This document shows positions 12,310-25,609 of a stretch of DNA of 64,000 nucleotides, piece after piece. Position 1 is the first letter of the stretch. Each line of letters starts with the position of its first letter. The stretch spans positions 39,246,001 to 39,310,000 of the forward strand of contig CM059439.1 of assembly GCA_030390025.1 (NCBI GenBank), in the 5' to 3' direction. A program made the position numbers and the translations under genes. This DNA is from Squalus acanthias. Taxonomy: Eukaryota. The notes below the pieces were generated by a model, which saw nothing but the letters and a program-made list of their open reading frames with translations, was not told where the DNA came from and made no database searches.

Positions 12310-13640
12310 CCCTTCTGGAGCCATGTTGGCTGTTATTTGCCAAATTATTCTCATACACCTCGTCCTTAAGTTTTCTCTTGATGATCAGTTCCATTAGTTC
12401 TGTAGTTGCCCGTGTTAGATTTGTCCCTTTTCTTGAATATGGGTACTACATTAGTTTGTTTCCAATCTAATGGGATCTCCTCACCTCCCAGTGACTCTCA
12501 TGGTAAGTGTCAGCACTTCAGAAGTGTCTTTCCTAACTTGTCTTGGTACCTTGGGATAGATACCATCAGTCCCTGTGGATTTGTTTTTTTGACTAGTCTA
12601 GGATTATCCAGAAGCTCCGTTTTGTTGATGTTGAAGTCTGTAAGTCTGCATAGATGATTCTCGCTGATGGAGGTCATGTTACTGTTGTCTTCTCTAGGAA
12701 ATACTTCAAGGAAGTAATCATTGAGTAAATTAACTGTTCTCTGTTCATTTTAATTTTCATCCATATTGACATTCTTTAAGGCTCTCACCTTTCCCTGACT
12801 ATCCTCCTGCTGTTACAGTATTAGAGCAAATTATTGCCATTGCAGTTCTAGTCCTCTCTTGGCCCTCTGCTCACCTGTTTAACATGCTTCTGAAGTTTCT
12901 AGTATTATTCCCAGTGAACACTTTCAGTCTTCTCTCTGCAGCCTTTGTGAAGTTTACCTTTCTTCCTTATTTCACTTGAATTATTTTGTCAACCCATTTA
13001 GGTTCATATTTTGAGTCTGTGCTTGCTAATCTTAGCTATGTATTTGGGCTAAATGTTACTCATTATATCTTTGACTATATTTCATTTGCTCTCAACTGAG
13101 CTATTAACAAACAATTTCCCCAGTCAATCTGCTTCAGTTGTTTCCTCAGGTCTTATAATTGGACTTTTTAAAATTGCGCACTTGAGTGTTGCGCCTAGAC
13201 AGTGTTGAATCCCAAATCATATTAAACTCAGTCAAGTTATGGTTGCTATCACACAGAGCTGTCTCGACTTCCATTTCCTCCGTGCTATCAGAGTTACTTA
13301 ACATTACCAAATTGAGCTGAGTGCTGACTCTTACAGATTCCTTGATGCATGGAGTTATGAAGCAGTCATGGACTACACTTATTAATTTGACTAAACCACT
13401 TGGGTATTCCCAATTTATATTTGGTTGGTTAAAATCCCCCATTAAATAATTTCACATATCCTCCTAATCTCTTAATATATTCTGTCTTCCCCCTTATCTG
13501 AGCTATAGTGTTATTTAAGCCCTCTTTACATTAGAAATCCTCAGCCAAAGAATTTTGTTGGGTAGTTTTTTTTTCCTTTCTATAAAGTCTACTTTCTTTA
13601 CCTCCCAGATGTCTGAACCATCGTCTGAAGATACTACTGA
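12310..13640 (-). mobile_element. Old, degenerate CR1 ORF2 fragments
   Basis: MGDFNQPNINW and DSNHNL endonuclease remnants plus RT-region remnants. Confidence 0.6.
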
Positions 13641-13851
13641 ACCTTGATTCCTTTAATCTCAGGTTATAAGTAACATTAAGGGGGAGATCTTTCTGGTTTT
13701 GTTTTCAAGATTTAACCACTTTGCTTGACCAATTGTTCCTTTATATTAACTGTGATCTTTAAAATAGCAAGGAACTCAAAGTTTGTCTTTTGTCCCACGA
13801 TTCAACAGTAAACCACATTACACTGTATTAACAGAGAGGTTTGTTTTACAG

Positions 13852-13970
13852 GACACAGCTGGTCAAGAGCGTTACAGAACCATTACTACTGCTTACTACA
13901 GAGGAGCCATGGGCTTCATACTTATGTATGACATCGCCAATGAAGAATCCTTTAATGCAGTGCAGGACTG
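13852..13970 (+). CDS. RAB3B: Rab3 GTPase internal coding exon (G3 motif; [40 protein letters not shown])
   Basis: Acceptor ttgttttacAG ends at 13851 and donor GTGAGT starts at 13971. The exon is 119 bp, starts in phase 0 and ends in phase 2 (split Trp codon). Translation is typical of Rab3. Confidence 0.95.
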
Positions 13971-14467
13971 GTGAGTTTAAGCTGTACTTTTTCCTCTCTT
14001 CATTCTGTCAATACATTCACTTGTGTTCACTTTTTTAAACAATTCCCTCCATCCCTCATTTACATTTTCTTATACATCATTCCTGATAACAAATAGCACT
14101 AATTAACCTGTCAGTTGGTGACCTGTTTAAAGACCAGTACAAATGCTGCTCTTGAATTGTCCATTAGGTGAGTTGACCCACCTTCATCTCCAATATAAAA
14201 CTCAGTGGCCAGTGGTTAAATGTATCATCCAGCGTGATGCTGAACAGACAAACCAGGAAGGTCTGTCCTGAGTTAGCTGATGTCATCCGGGATAGTGGTG
14301 GGAACAATACAATTGGCCTCAGCACATCTGGGAAGGAAGAGGAAAATTATTCAGGGTGCCAATGATTTGGTTTTGTTTCTCTCCACCTGAATATGTGTAG
14401 ATTGAATAAAGTTGCTGCTTTCCTACAATAAGTAACTAACAATCAAATTAATTGGAATAAACTATTA

Positions 14468-15357
14468 GGGGTAGAAATTAGGTCGCGCCCCATTTGGGGC
14501 GCAAATATCGTCTGGACGCAAATATTAGCGCCTGGCGCTAATTATCGGCACTGACTGAAAACTTCACTTCCGCCCCGGGAGGTGAGTGGAGCGCTAAAGC
14601 AGGCGCTGCACACCTCTCTTAAGGCGCAAAGGCCAAGGAGTGAGGCGCTAACTCGGAGCGCTGGCGAAGCTCATGTAATGTCAGTCAGCAATGGAACACA
14701 CACACAATGGCACGGGCCAGTTCTTAAAGGGGATGGTTAATCTTGCTTTCCATCCACATCCTGTTCATTGCAGCCTTGAATCTCGGCCTGGAGAGACTTG
14801 CACATCAAATGTGCTGGAAAGAACAATGGAGAGTACCAGGCAAAGAGCTCAGAGTGCAGCTCCCACAGTCTCTGCTAAATCGATACAAGGAATGGCAAAT
14901 CAAAATGAACCTGCAAAGTGCTGCTCAGTACCCAAAACTCCTTCACACAACGTTGAATCTCTCCAGAAGTCTCTCCCTCTCTCTCTCAGAATGCGTAGTT
15001 CAAAAATGCCACCAACAATAAAAGACAGGAAGAGGCCCCCTTTAAATAGCGCCCCCCCCAGCCCCACAGCGATTGATAGCGTTCCAGTCTTCTGGTCGTT
15101 GGAAGCGCCAGGCGGTAAGGCAGGGGGCGCCACTCAATTTCCGCTACGGGGCGCCACAAGGGCGTTGCACCATGGAATGACGTCACAATCTGCGCGCGCA
15201 GGTGGTCGCAGCGGTAAGTTTTAGCGCCGCCGCACAATCTCAAGTTAAGTTCTCGAGCGGCGCAAACATCGCTGCGCCCGGGCGTTAGCGGCTTTGCGCC
15301 CCATTAGCGCCCTCTTAAGGCGCTAACGGGAGGCGCAACCAAGTGAATTTTTACCCC
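14468..15357. mobile_element. Complete PIF/Harbinger MITE
   Basis: TIRs ggggtagaaatt and aatttttacccc, a perfect TTA target-site duplication on both sides, and CpG-rich repeated subterminal motifs. Confidence 0.85.
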
Positions 15358-16049
15358 TTACAGTCATTTCTTTTAAGGAAACAGTTTGAGGAATTTCTTG
15401 GTCGTTCCTTCAAGGTTTTTACCTGAAGTTGAAGCTGAGGAGCTGGACGACACCATTCCTGCTGAGTACATGCTGCTTGAGTCCCTGAGCCCACTCTGCA
15501 CGTTGTCTACCTTACCTGGGAACTCCAGGTGTAGTCTTTCCTTAGGCCCATGTAGTTGGTCCTCTGAACTGCTGGTGTCCTGGTTCTGGTGTGGAGATGC
15601 CGATTGTCATTTTTTGTGAAAATCATGCATAGTCTATTTGTAAAAATCCATATCTGCAGAAAGTGAAATTAACTGTGTTTGTGATTATGGTGATTCAGAT
15701 CTAGCTCTTAATTGCTGATATATCATTGTCATTTACAACCATTGACTTATAGGTTTATTGTCTGGCCAATTAAGATACTGTTTTTCCCTCATGTATATTA
15801 TAAATAGCAATATATACATTCATGCTAAAGTTGTGATTAATTGTGTGTTCAACATCTTATCATAAAATCTTGGAGTGTGAAAAGCACAGAAACCGGTCAT
15901 TTGGCCCATCAAAACAGATCCTTATTTTTGTTATTGATTTCCCTCCATGAATATTACCATTTCAGTCCTAAACATAGGATGAAGACCCATTGAACTAATG
16001 GAAGAACTGACTAAATTACATCTTGTTTTTGCTTACATAACAATAGTCA

Positions 16050-16460
16050 CTACATAGAATTACATAACATCTACAGCACAGAAAGAGGCCATTTGGCCCA
16101 ACTGGTCTATGCCGCTGTTTATACTCCACACAAACCTCCTCCCACTAATGATGTCGTCCCACCCTGCACCCGTATCCCTTTATTTCCTTCTCCCTCATGT
16201 ATGCATCAAGCTTCCCCTTAAATACATCAATGCTGTCTGCTTCAACCACTCCTTGTGGCAGCGAGTTCCACATTCACACCACTCTCTGTAAAGAAATTTC
16301 CCCTAAATTCTTTATTTGATTTGTTAGTGGCTGTCTTATATTTATGCCCCCTTGTTCTGGACTCACACAGAAGTGGAAACAGATTCTCCACATCTGCCCT
16401 ATCAAACCCCTTCATAATTTTAAAGGCATTTATTAGGCCTCCTCTTATTCTTTTTTTCCT
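16050..16460 (-). mobile_element. CR1 3' end fragment
   Basis: catagaattacat tail and acagcacagaaagaggccat 3' UTR; homologous to 60077-60330. Confidence 0.75.
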
Positions 16461-16714
16461 GAAGCTTACTATGAAAAAGAAGGTGGCTGATTACCTGCTC
16501 GCACTTCTAACTTGTGGTGACACCGTATGCAGATTCCTGGCCTATGATTCGTCAAATCTCAGGGTATATAAATGAGGACATCAGAGTGTAAGGGATAAAT
16601 CCCAGGATTCATCCACTCTGAAATGTGTTTACACTACAAAGTAATTTATTTATGTGAAGTGCTTTGAGATGATACTCTGCCCCAACCCTGACCTACTTCC
16701 CTGGACAAAATTGA

Positions 16715-16797
16715 GAGGTCGCACAACACCAGGTTATAGTCCAACAGTTTTATTTGAAATCACAAGCTTTCGGAACTATCGCTCCTTCCTCAGGTCA
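16715..16797 (-). mobile_element. Penelope-like terminal fragment carrying a minimal hammerhead motif
   Basis: Minus strand reads CTGAGGA-a-ggagc-gata-gttcc-GAAA-gctt followed by aataaaactgttggactataacctggtgttg. Confidence 0.65.
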
Positions 16798-17944
16798 GGG
16801 GTCATTTTGTATGCACAGTAGGCTCCTGACAGGATTCCCGCCACTAAGATGGAGTCCGCCACTGCCCAGAAAAGGTGGCTGGGCAGTTAAAAGAAGAGCC
16901 CCGAAGATCAGGAACTCGGCAAATTAATAGGCCCCAACAGCAACTGATGCCGATGCAGCAAGTTAAGTGGGGGCTGGATTGGAGGGGGACGTGGTCACTA
17001 CAAGGCCCTCCATTGGGAGACCTTAGGTCCATGACCACCAGATCCCGGGGCCTATGGTGGCTGGGGAAGGAATGGCCAGTTGTAGTCCCAGCAGGGGGAG
17101 GGAAATCTAGATCAGGGTGATAAGACAGCCATAGGCCCCACCACTGAAAAATTTCCCTCATTTTCCACTGAGATCCTACCCCATTTTGGGTGGGATTGTG
17201 GTGAAAGATCCAGCTCCCTATTTCTACTCCGTCTCCAAGACCACTTGCAATTCTGGAGCTTTGCCTGTCTCATTCAGCTCCCCTAACTTCCTGTTCATTG
17301 CTCACCGCTCTTCCTATAATGTACCTTGCTACATTTCATGGCATAAAAGTTGTTATTGAACAAGGTTAAACATCCATCGTAGAGTTATGCATCATATGTT
17401 ACTCACTATAAATATATTCATAGCTCTTACTGGACTCTGGCACAACCAAAGGAGGATATTTCTTGAAGGTGCAGAAATAACACAGCCATCTCGTTCCAAA
17501 CACTGAGGAGATCCAATTATTAAGAATAAGTGGTAATAGTGGTGAAAATCATTTCAGATTATTGTTTCCTGACCAAATATGGTGACTTTTGTCAGAAGAC
17601 AAAATTGTCTTAAATGGAGCTGAGATTTTTACTCATTTTACTGCTGCTTAAGATACGAAACAAATAACAATCTAAAGCATCAGAAACTAAGAGCCATAGC
17701 TTTGTACTAGGATGAAAAGGGTTAAGATTATAAAGCGCCAGACTGTAAACAGAATGGCTGAGAAATAGCTTATGATATTTACTGTAGGGATGAGTGTGAA
17801 ACTGAATAGTTATTGAGCTGTGAAGCGTTCTAGCTCTAAATAGGTCTCTTTTATTACATTTTAAAAGCCACAATCTGTATGAGCAATTTGATGATAAATC
17901 CCTTTGCCTGTTTTTTATTGCATCTTTATCTTAATTATTAATTA

Positions 17945-18470
17945 GTGGGGGTGGCGGTTGTCAGCAAAGATCGGCGGCTGGAGGAGCGTGTCGGTGGGGG
18001 GGGCCTCGGGGGGCATCGGAGGCCTGGTGGGGGGATCAGATGCCTGGCGGGGAGGCCTCGTGGTGGGTATCGGGAGCCTCGTGGTGGGTATCGGGAGCCT
18101 CGTGGTGGGTATCGGAGGCCTTGGGGGGGGGAGGGATCGGAGTGGGGGGAGGGGGTCTCCGATCGTGGGGGGTGGTTTAGGTAGGGATGCTGGATCCAGG
18201 AGGAAAGACACTTACCTGCTGGATCCAGCAGTCCTCACCTTGCATTAGCTGGTGGGTTTCACGGGGGGGTGCAAAAACAAACCAGCTAAAGTTAAATTCA
18301 AAATGGAAGCTAAAGCAGAGGCTTCCAGCCTCATTATAATGGCAACGGATTGGCTTAACCGCACCCCCCCCCTCACCCCCTCACCTCCACCTCCGTTAAA
18401 ACCGGAAGTGGGCAGGTTGGAGGCAGGTTGAGGTTGGGATTCAGATTTTTAACACTTTAACTACCCCCCA
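17945..18470. mobile_element. G-rich MITE fragment (same family as 33350-34343 and 56958-57530), including 3 copies of a 21-bp tandem unit
   Basis: Shared blocks ctggatccagcagtcctc, gcctcattataat, gttaaaaccggaa and tttttaacactttaac. Tandem ggagcctcgtggtgggtatcg at about 18052-18116. Confidence 0.7.
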
Positions 18471-19769
18471 TCGTGTCTCTTTCCTGCTTGGGAACTGTGC
18501 TGACTGGACAAAAGAGGCTGATTAAATATTCACATCTGTGTCTATTTCATCAGCTAAACATCTTACCCAAGAAAAGATGGCAGTTCCAGTACATAAAAAA
18601 TTGTCACTTGTTAAAAGTCAGAATCTGTCTTGGACAATGGTGCTGTTTGTTTTTTCATCTCTTGTGTTCTAGTCAGAGTAACTTCAGAGGTTGTGATCTG
18701 AAGCAGGTTGCATTGTTTACTGCCATGTGCTATATACCACAGTGATTTTCTCATTTGCTTCAGTGCGTGACTGCTGCTCAATAATCCTTATTTACCAGAA
18801 TCGTGTTCTTTAGTTTCAGTGTGCTCTGAGCTTAACAGTGTCTGGAATTGATTTCACTTTGTTTCATTCAATTTAATTGATTTATTTCCCTCCCCCTTTG
18901 ACTTCACTTGTTTTCTTGAGATGTTTGACTTTCCACCAGTTTTCCGTAGATTTGTGAGTTTTTCTGTATGTCACAAAATGTTTAATCAGTTCTTCCTTCC
19001 CTTCCTTCCTCCTTCCTTCCTTCATTCCATAGGTTATTTTTCAGTCAACTTGCAAAATATGGTGTTTGACATTTTTTTTAGTGGTTGTATCCATATCACT
19101 AAATATTTTGAAAAATGATCGGGCTTCCAATAATCAACTTCTTCCCAAAGACCAATTCAGCATAGGGGAAGTGGGTAGATTACCTCTGTGATAGGTGTAA
19201 TGAAATTGTAAAGTCATTGTAAATTTCATTTTTACTAACAAGTTTATGATTTTGTTACACAGTGCACAGGGAAAACCTTCCCCTTTCCCTTTTTTCCCTG
19301 TTAGTGACATTGTTGTTTCTTCGTCATGTTGCTGATTTAACTTTAGGTTAATAGCCCATGATAGAAAATCAACGGAACATTGAGCATGAAGAAATCTATG
19401 CAAATTATTTGGAATTATAAATATCTTAAAAGTACCACCCTGATATCATGCATTCTGTTACCTTCGAGTGTTAGAACACTCCACTGCTCACAAGCTTCCA
19501 GATCTCGGCACCATTATATATACAAGATGCGAAGAGGCACATGGGAATGGCTCAGGATTCCTGTCACTCTAGTTTTCTATTCCTTTCTATTGGGAAATGT
19601 CCAGTTTCTGTTTGGCAGGTATCACTATAACATCGATGACTGCACAGATACAGCCCACATCATATCATTCTGTGTCACAGTGGATCAGAGTTCTTATGTT
19701 CTGCAGTGCAGAACTATATTTTTAATTTCATAATTCATATTTTGTCATGGATCTAAGATCTATACTTCC

Positions 19770-19955
19770 TTCCTCAACCAACACCATCAATAGATCAGAT
19801 TAACTGATCATTCATATCACTGCTGTTTGTGGGATTCTGCCGATACAGAAACAGCTGCTGCATTCACCTGAGTTACTGCACTTCAGAAGCAATTTATTGT
19901 GTGAAGTACTCTCAGATGTTTCAATGCGAAAAAACACTATGCAAATGAAAGTATT
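19770..19955 (+). mobile_element. Deu-domain SINE 3' fragment
   Basis: Homologous to the 3' half of the SINE at 25735-26207 (gctgtttgtggga and tail region). Confidence 0.55.
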
Positions 19956-20134
19956 ATTCATAATTATTATACTTCTCTATAGCAATGCCAGTTGCTCAGT
20001 TACATTACCCATTTAATAGAGAATAATGAGTGTCCAGTGAAGTAGTAATCCGATAGTTCTTTAAGTACATCATCCAACTCCAACATTAGATTATCTCTTT
20101 GAAAGCACTATGCTGTGTGTATAACTGGCTATTT

Positions 20135-20495
20135 AAAAAGAAAGACATACGTGGATTTATTAACATCTTATCACTTCTTTCAGTAATTCACATATAATGA
20201 ATTGCAGTATTGTTGGCCGAGGAAAGACCATTGACCAGGACATCAGGAGAACGCTCTGCTCATCTTCAAATAGTGCCATGGATCTTTAGCATCGACGTGG
20301 ACTGTTGGTCAATGCCTTGGTTTAACATCTCATCTGATGAGCAGCATATGGCTACAATGTAGCATTTTTTCAGTGCTACGTTGCAGTGTCAGCTGAGATT
20401 GAGCCTAGAGTGTCAGCTCAAGTCCTGGAGCAAGGCTTGATTTTAATCATCTGATTTAGAGACTAGAATGCCCCCAACTGAGCCAAGATGACACA
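20135..20495 (-). mobile_element. Old Deu-domain SINE copy
   Basis: Collinear with 25735-26207, including the tRNA-like head and gtttaacatctcatctga. Confidence 0.65.
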
Positions 20496-20894
20496 GTTGA
20501 TTCATTTTAAAATGAAATCTTACAGTTTTTCTTATATGTATTTTGGGTCTGTTATTTAATCTAACAGATTGAATGTAAAACTGTATTTAGCTGTTACAAG
20601 TTCAGATCTGCCATAGGTATCTACTCAAGCTCAGTGGTGTCAGTCGCTGCCTTAAGTGACCTAGTTACCTGCTTTTTGAAGGAAGTTGACTCCTATTGCC
20701 CTGAATCTGCTGGTGCAGTAGCAGAGCCCAGGAGTATAGCAATGAAACTCCTTTGTGATCTGGATCAGATCTCCATGTACTCCTTTAATCTCTCCAAAGA
20801 CTTTATTCCATAGTAGGTAAAACATACTGAGTCACATGGCCCAACTTTTATTCGCATGCCATTATAAAAATAAAGAACACACATATGCTAGTCC

Positions 20895-22100
20895 ACTTTG
20901 GTGGGCCCTTTGTTAGGTAGGGAGTTCCAGGATATTGACCCAAGTGATAATGAAGGAACGGCAATATATGTCCAAGTCTGGATGGTGTGTGACTTAGAGC
21001 GGAACTTGGAGGTGATGGTGTTCCCATGCATACATGTTCTTCTAGGTGATGGAGGTCGCGGGTTTGGGAGATGCTGCCAATGAAGCTTTAATGAATTGCC
21101 GCAGTGCATCAGTTAGTTAGTACACACTGCAGCCATGGTGTGCCAGTGGTGGAGGGGATGGTTGTTTAAGCCAGTGATGGGGTGCCGATCAAGCGGACTA
21201 CTTTATCCTGGATAGTGTCAAGCTTCTTGAGTGTTGTTTGAGCTGCACCCATCCATGTAAGTGGAGAATATTCCATCACACTCCTGACTCGTGCCTTATA
21301 GGTGGTAGAGATGCTTTGAGAAGTCAGGAAGTGAGCCACTTGCTGCAGGCTACCCAGCTTCAGACCTGCTCTAGTAACCATGGTATTTATGTGGCTAGTC
21401 CAGTTTAGTTTCTGGTCAATGGTGACTCCTAGGATCTTGATGGTGGGGACTCGGCGATGATAATGCCATTGAATGTCAATGGGAGGTGGTTAGGTTCTCT
21501 CTTGTTGGAGATGGTCATTGCCTGACACTTGTGTGCCACTTATTAGCCCAAGCCTGGATGTTGTCCAGGTCTTGCTGCATGCGGACATGGACTGCTTCAT
21601 TATCTGAGAAATTGTGAATGGAAGTGAACACTGCAATCATCAGCGAACATCCCCACCCCCTACCTAGCAATCATCAGCGAACATCCCCACTTCTGACCTT
21701 ATGATGGAGGGAAGGTCATTGATAAAGCAGCTGAAGATAGTTGGACCTAGGACGCTGCCCTTTGGAACGCCCATAGCGATGTCCTGGGGATGCGTTGATT
21801 GGCCTCCAACAACCACAACCATCTTCCTTTGAGCTAGTAATGACTCCAGCCATTGGAGAGTTTTCCTCCTGATCCTCATTGACTTCAGTTTTACGAGGGC
21901 TCCTTGGTGCCACACTCAGTCCATTGCTGCCTTGATGTCAAGGACAGTCACTCTCGCATCACCTCTGGAGTTCAGTTCTTTAGTCCATGTTAAGACCAAG
22001 GCTGTAATGAGGTTTGAAGCTGAGTGGCTCTGGCGGAACCCAAACTGAGCATCAGTGAGCAGGTTATAGATGAGTAAGTGGCACTTGATAGCACAGTTGA
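20895..22100 (-). mobile_element. CR1/L2-group LINE RT and 3' fragments (same family as 10522-12127)
   Basis: LDIKAAMD, GVPKGSVLGPTIFSCFINDLP, MFADD and VRSVMEYSPLTW motifs. Confidence 0.85.
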
Positions 22101-22857
22101 CTATGGATACATATGTAAATGAGGGGCATGTTTCAGCCCCCCCCCCCACACACTGAAAATTGATATTGCAGAGCGGAGCAGGAGCCAGACCTGCTCTGCT
22201 CAGATTTCAAAATTAGTCACCATACGATTGCCACCAAGAGGTAAGTTTTTTAAAAAGAATACAAAAAAAAGTTGTTGCTCCTCTGACTCAATGGTATACC
22301 AATTGCCCTCCCCCTTCGGGACCTACTTTTGGGCCACGGCCCACAATTCAATTCTTCAAATGGGTGAGCTGCCCCTGGAGGTGCGACATGCATCAACAGC
22401 TCGCCCAATTAATATTAATGCGGCTTGCGCCCCAATCTTGGGGCGGCCTTGGGCTTCCCATTTCAGCCGTGCATTGTGGCTGCGTCGCCGCCTTCACGCC
22501 CAAAACCAGGCGCCAACGAATTTATACCCCCCTCGTGTCTGGGTCCACTGATGGAAAAAATGGCCGCAGAATCCTGAACTGTGACACTGACATTCACAAA
22601 GAAACTTACTCGTCTCATCATTACTGCAGATGTATATAGACTGAGCTGATTACAGGGAATCAGTTCCATGTCTGTTGTATGTAAACAAGACTGTGATAAA
22701 GACTTAATTGTTTAAAAAATAATCTTGGGAAATCAATGATCCATATTAAAGCTGCTGCCTTTGCAATTTAGAGACTGTAGGTTTGAATTACTTTGATAAT
22801 TGATTACAACAGTTGCAGATGTGAGGAGCTTGGTCACTTGTAATTTACTTGTGCTTT

Positions 22858-23600
22858 ACAATAACAACATCTTGCATTTATATAGTGCCTTTAACGTAGT
22901 AAAAGTCCCAAGGTGCTTCACAGGAGTGTTAGCAAACAAAATTTGACACCAAGTCACATAAGGAAATATTAGGACAGGTGACCAAAAACTTGTTCAAAGA
23001 GGTAGGTATTAAGGAGCGTCTTAAAGGAGGGGGGAGAGGTAGAGAGGCGGAGAGGCTTAGGGAGGGAATTCCAGAGCTTATGGCCCAGGCAGCTGAAGGC
23101 ACGGCCACCAATGCTGGAGCAATGAAAATCGGGGATGCGCAAGAGACCAGAATTGGAGGAGTGCAGAGATCACGGAGGGTTGTCGGGCTCGAGAAGGTTA
23201 CAGAGATAGGGCGGGGCGAGGCCATGAAGGGTTTGAAAACAAGATGAGAATTTAAAAATTATGGCGTTGCTGAATTGGGAGCCATTCAACGTTCCTTTTT
23301 CGCTGCTCTAGGGATCACACTCAGCCGGTGAGCTGGCTTTTAAATGCAAAAACCGCACATGTGCGGATCTTCACGCAGCACCTTAAAGGGCCACACCGCC
23401 CCAAAAAAATTAGAGGGAATATTGGAGCCAATGTAGGTCAGCAAGCCCAGGGTGATGGGTGAATGTGACTTGGTATGAGTTAGGATACGGGCAGCAGAGT
23501 TTTGGATGAGTTCAAGTTTATGGAGGGTAGAAGGTGGGAGGCTGGCCAGGAGTGCATTGGAATTGTTAAATCTAAAGGTAAGAAAGGCATGGATGAGGTA
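22858..23600 (-). mobile_element. L2 LINE 3' fragment
   Basis: Collinear with 57893-58500; (aac)n-type tail. Confidence 0.8.
23287..23424. mobile_element. 138-bp hAT-type MITE nested in L2
   Basis: TIRs caacgttcc and ggaatattg, with an 8-bp TSD gagccatt/gagccaat. The uninterrupted L2 copy near 58322 has a single gagccaat. Confidence 0.7.
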
Positions 23601-24049
23601 GTTAGAACATCTCCTGAAATTGTACTTAAGTGGACATCAGGTGAGTACAGAATTCAAACTTGGCTGTGTGCCTTCCACAAGCCCGCTGACACTCACTGCT
23701 TAGATTCACAGGTGAAGAATTAACACAAGACCAAGAAAACTGCTAGCATCCATGAAACATTTCCCCAACACGAGTCACTGACTTCAGAAAATAAAGAGTT
23801 GAAAAGAAAAATTGTAACTCTTATCTCAGTATCTGTTAACATTGCGTGATACATTGTGGTGATGGCTCAATTATTAAAACATAAGAAAGCATAAAGCAAG
23901 AAAAGGCCATTTTGACCCACATATTCACTACTGAATGAGGGGGAAATTCTTCTGATTTTCAGTCTGTCTTGAGATTTGTTAATTTTGTACTTGTGTTTTG
24001 TTGTTCTGTTTTTATATTGACATTATCTGTGTCTCTCAGTCCCTTTTTA

Positions 24050-24880
24050 ATTCTCTTTTCTCCAGTGAAAGTTTAGTTCTGTGAGTTTCTCTCCATAGCC
24101 CTAAGTCCTTCAAATATCTTTGTCCCACGTCTCTGAACTCTGTCCAATATACCAATGTCCTTTTGAAGCTAAGGTGCTCAAAATTGTACACAATATTCCA
24201 GACAGGGTCTCATTACTAATCTGCACAAAAATAGAATAGCTTGTTTAATTTAGAAACAAATGGCTTTGGCGTGCGTCCCATTACTTGATTAAGATTCACA
24301 TTAACTGGATTCTTTTAAATACATGATTAAGGGCCATGATCACACCCAAATACTTTTCCTTTTCACTTTCACTAAAGAGCTCACAAAATGGGACGCCTCA
24401 TTGTCTGCAAATATTTTCTGTTTCATGTTTCAACCTTGCATTCATCGACATTAAAATCCATCAGTCATTTCTTAGACAATCTGCTCATGTGGTTCAGGTC
24501 TCTTTGAATGCTGTCAACTGGATTTATACTGCTTACCTGACCATATGGTAACTTGATGTCTTCAGCAAATTCATAACATTATAAAACAAGTACTCACCCC
24601 ATATTGTTTGAATACAGTGAGCAAGAGACCCAAAACAGAGCCCTGCAAAATGGTACTCACCCCAAATGGAGCTCTTTTTGCATTTATTATCCTTTCCATT
24701 TTACTTTCTATTGCTAACCCAGCTTTCAATCTAGTTAGTTAATTTCTATTACTTTCATGAGCCTTAGACTGCTCTAAAAGGCTCACATGTAGAACTTAAT
24801 CAAGTTGCCTCTTGAATCCATTTATACTGTCTGCTTCAATGGCCTTTCTTGGCAACACATTTATGGAAGATAGCTATAAG
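24050..24880 (-). mobile_element. Very old CR1-like RT remnant
   Basis: Degenerate reverse complements of FADD-type (tcttcagcaaa), GSVLG-type (cccaaaacagagccctg) and LEYCVQF-type (aattgtacacaatattcca) motifs. Confidence 0.5.
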
Positions 24881-25280
24881 CATTTGCAGCCAACTGTTGA
24901 CAAAACTTGCCCACCTATTAAAAACATGGGAACATAGGAACAGGGGCAGGCCATTCAGCCCCTCGAGCCTGTTCCGCCATTCAGTGAGATCATGGCTGAT
25001 CTGTATTCCACCCCCTTCCCCCGCAATGGGAAGGGGATAAGCAACTATATGACATAAGAGTGAAATTCACGATATGAGTTCATTTGCCATTTGCCTGTGG
25101 TAGGTGGCATTTCAAAATGTGAAACAAATCGTGCCTCCGTGGAAGTGAAAATTATAATATGTGTCTGTACTTACAGGAGCATTTCTTCATAAATTACACA
25201 TTAAAGAAAGTAAAAGCAATTGCTGTTCATAGGGATTATTTGTGCAATTCACTGTTGATTTCCATCGCTTATTTAAACAG

Positions 25281-25405
25281 GGCAACCCAAATCAAAACCT
25301 ACTCATGGGATAATGCACAAGTCATCCTCGTGGGAAATAAGTGTGATATGGAAGATGAGCGCGTAATTCCTGCTGAAAAGGGAAAACATCTGGCTGAGCA
25401 GCTAG
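25281..25405 (+). CDS. RAB3B: Rab3 GTPase internal coding exon ([42 protein letters not shown]; G4 NKxD motif)
   Basis: Acceptor taaacAG ends at 25280 and donor GTAGGT starts at 25406. The exon is 125 bp and completes the split TG|G codon from the previous exon. Confidence 0.95.
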
Positions 25406-25609
25406 GTAGGTGATTGCTTTTTTTCCTATTAGTAATTATATGATACGATGATAATATTTCCAATTCGTTCTTTTAAATCCTACAGCTTGCATACTTTATA
25501 CAATGGCGTGTTTTTGAAGGGTGTGGTAAGAAGGTTGTCGGCATTTTATTAGTGTGTTAATAGGGTATCTAGTTTTATTAACCATAATTAAAACATTAAA
25601 TTCAGGTTG

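Noticed and set aside
14691-15224. 177-aa ORF as a host gene or transposase
   Set aside because: It lies wholly within a MITE and has no recognisable domain.
25406-25413. Alternative donor at the second GT of GTAGGTGA
   Set aside because: It would add 4 nt and frameshift the last exon, and nothing supports its use.
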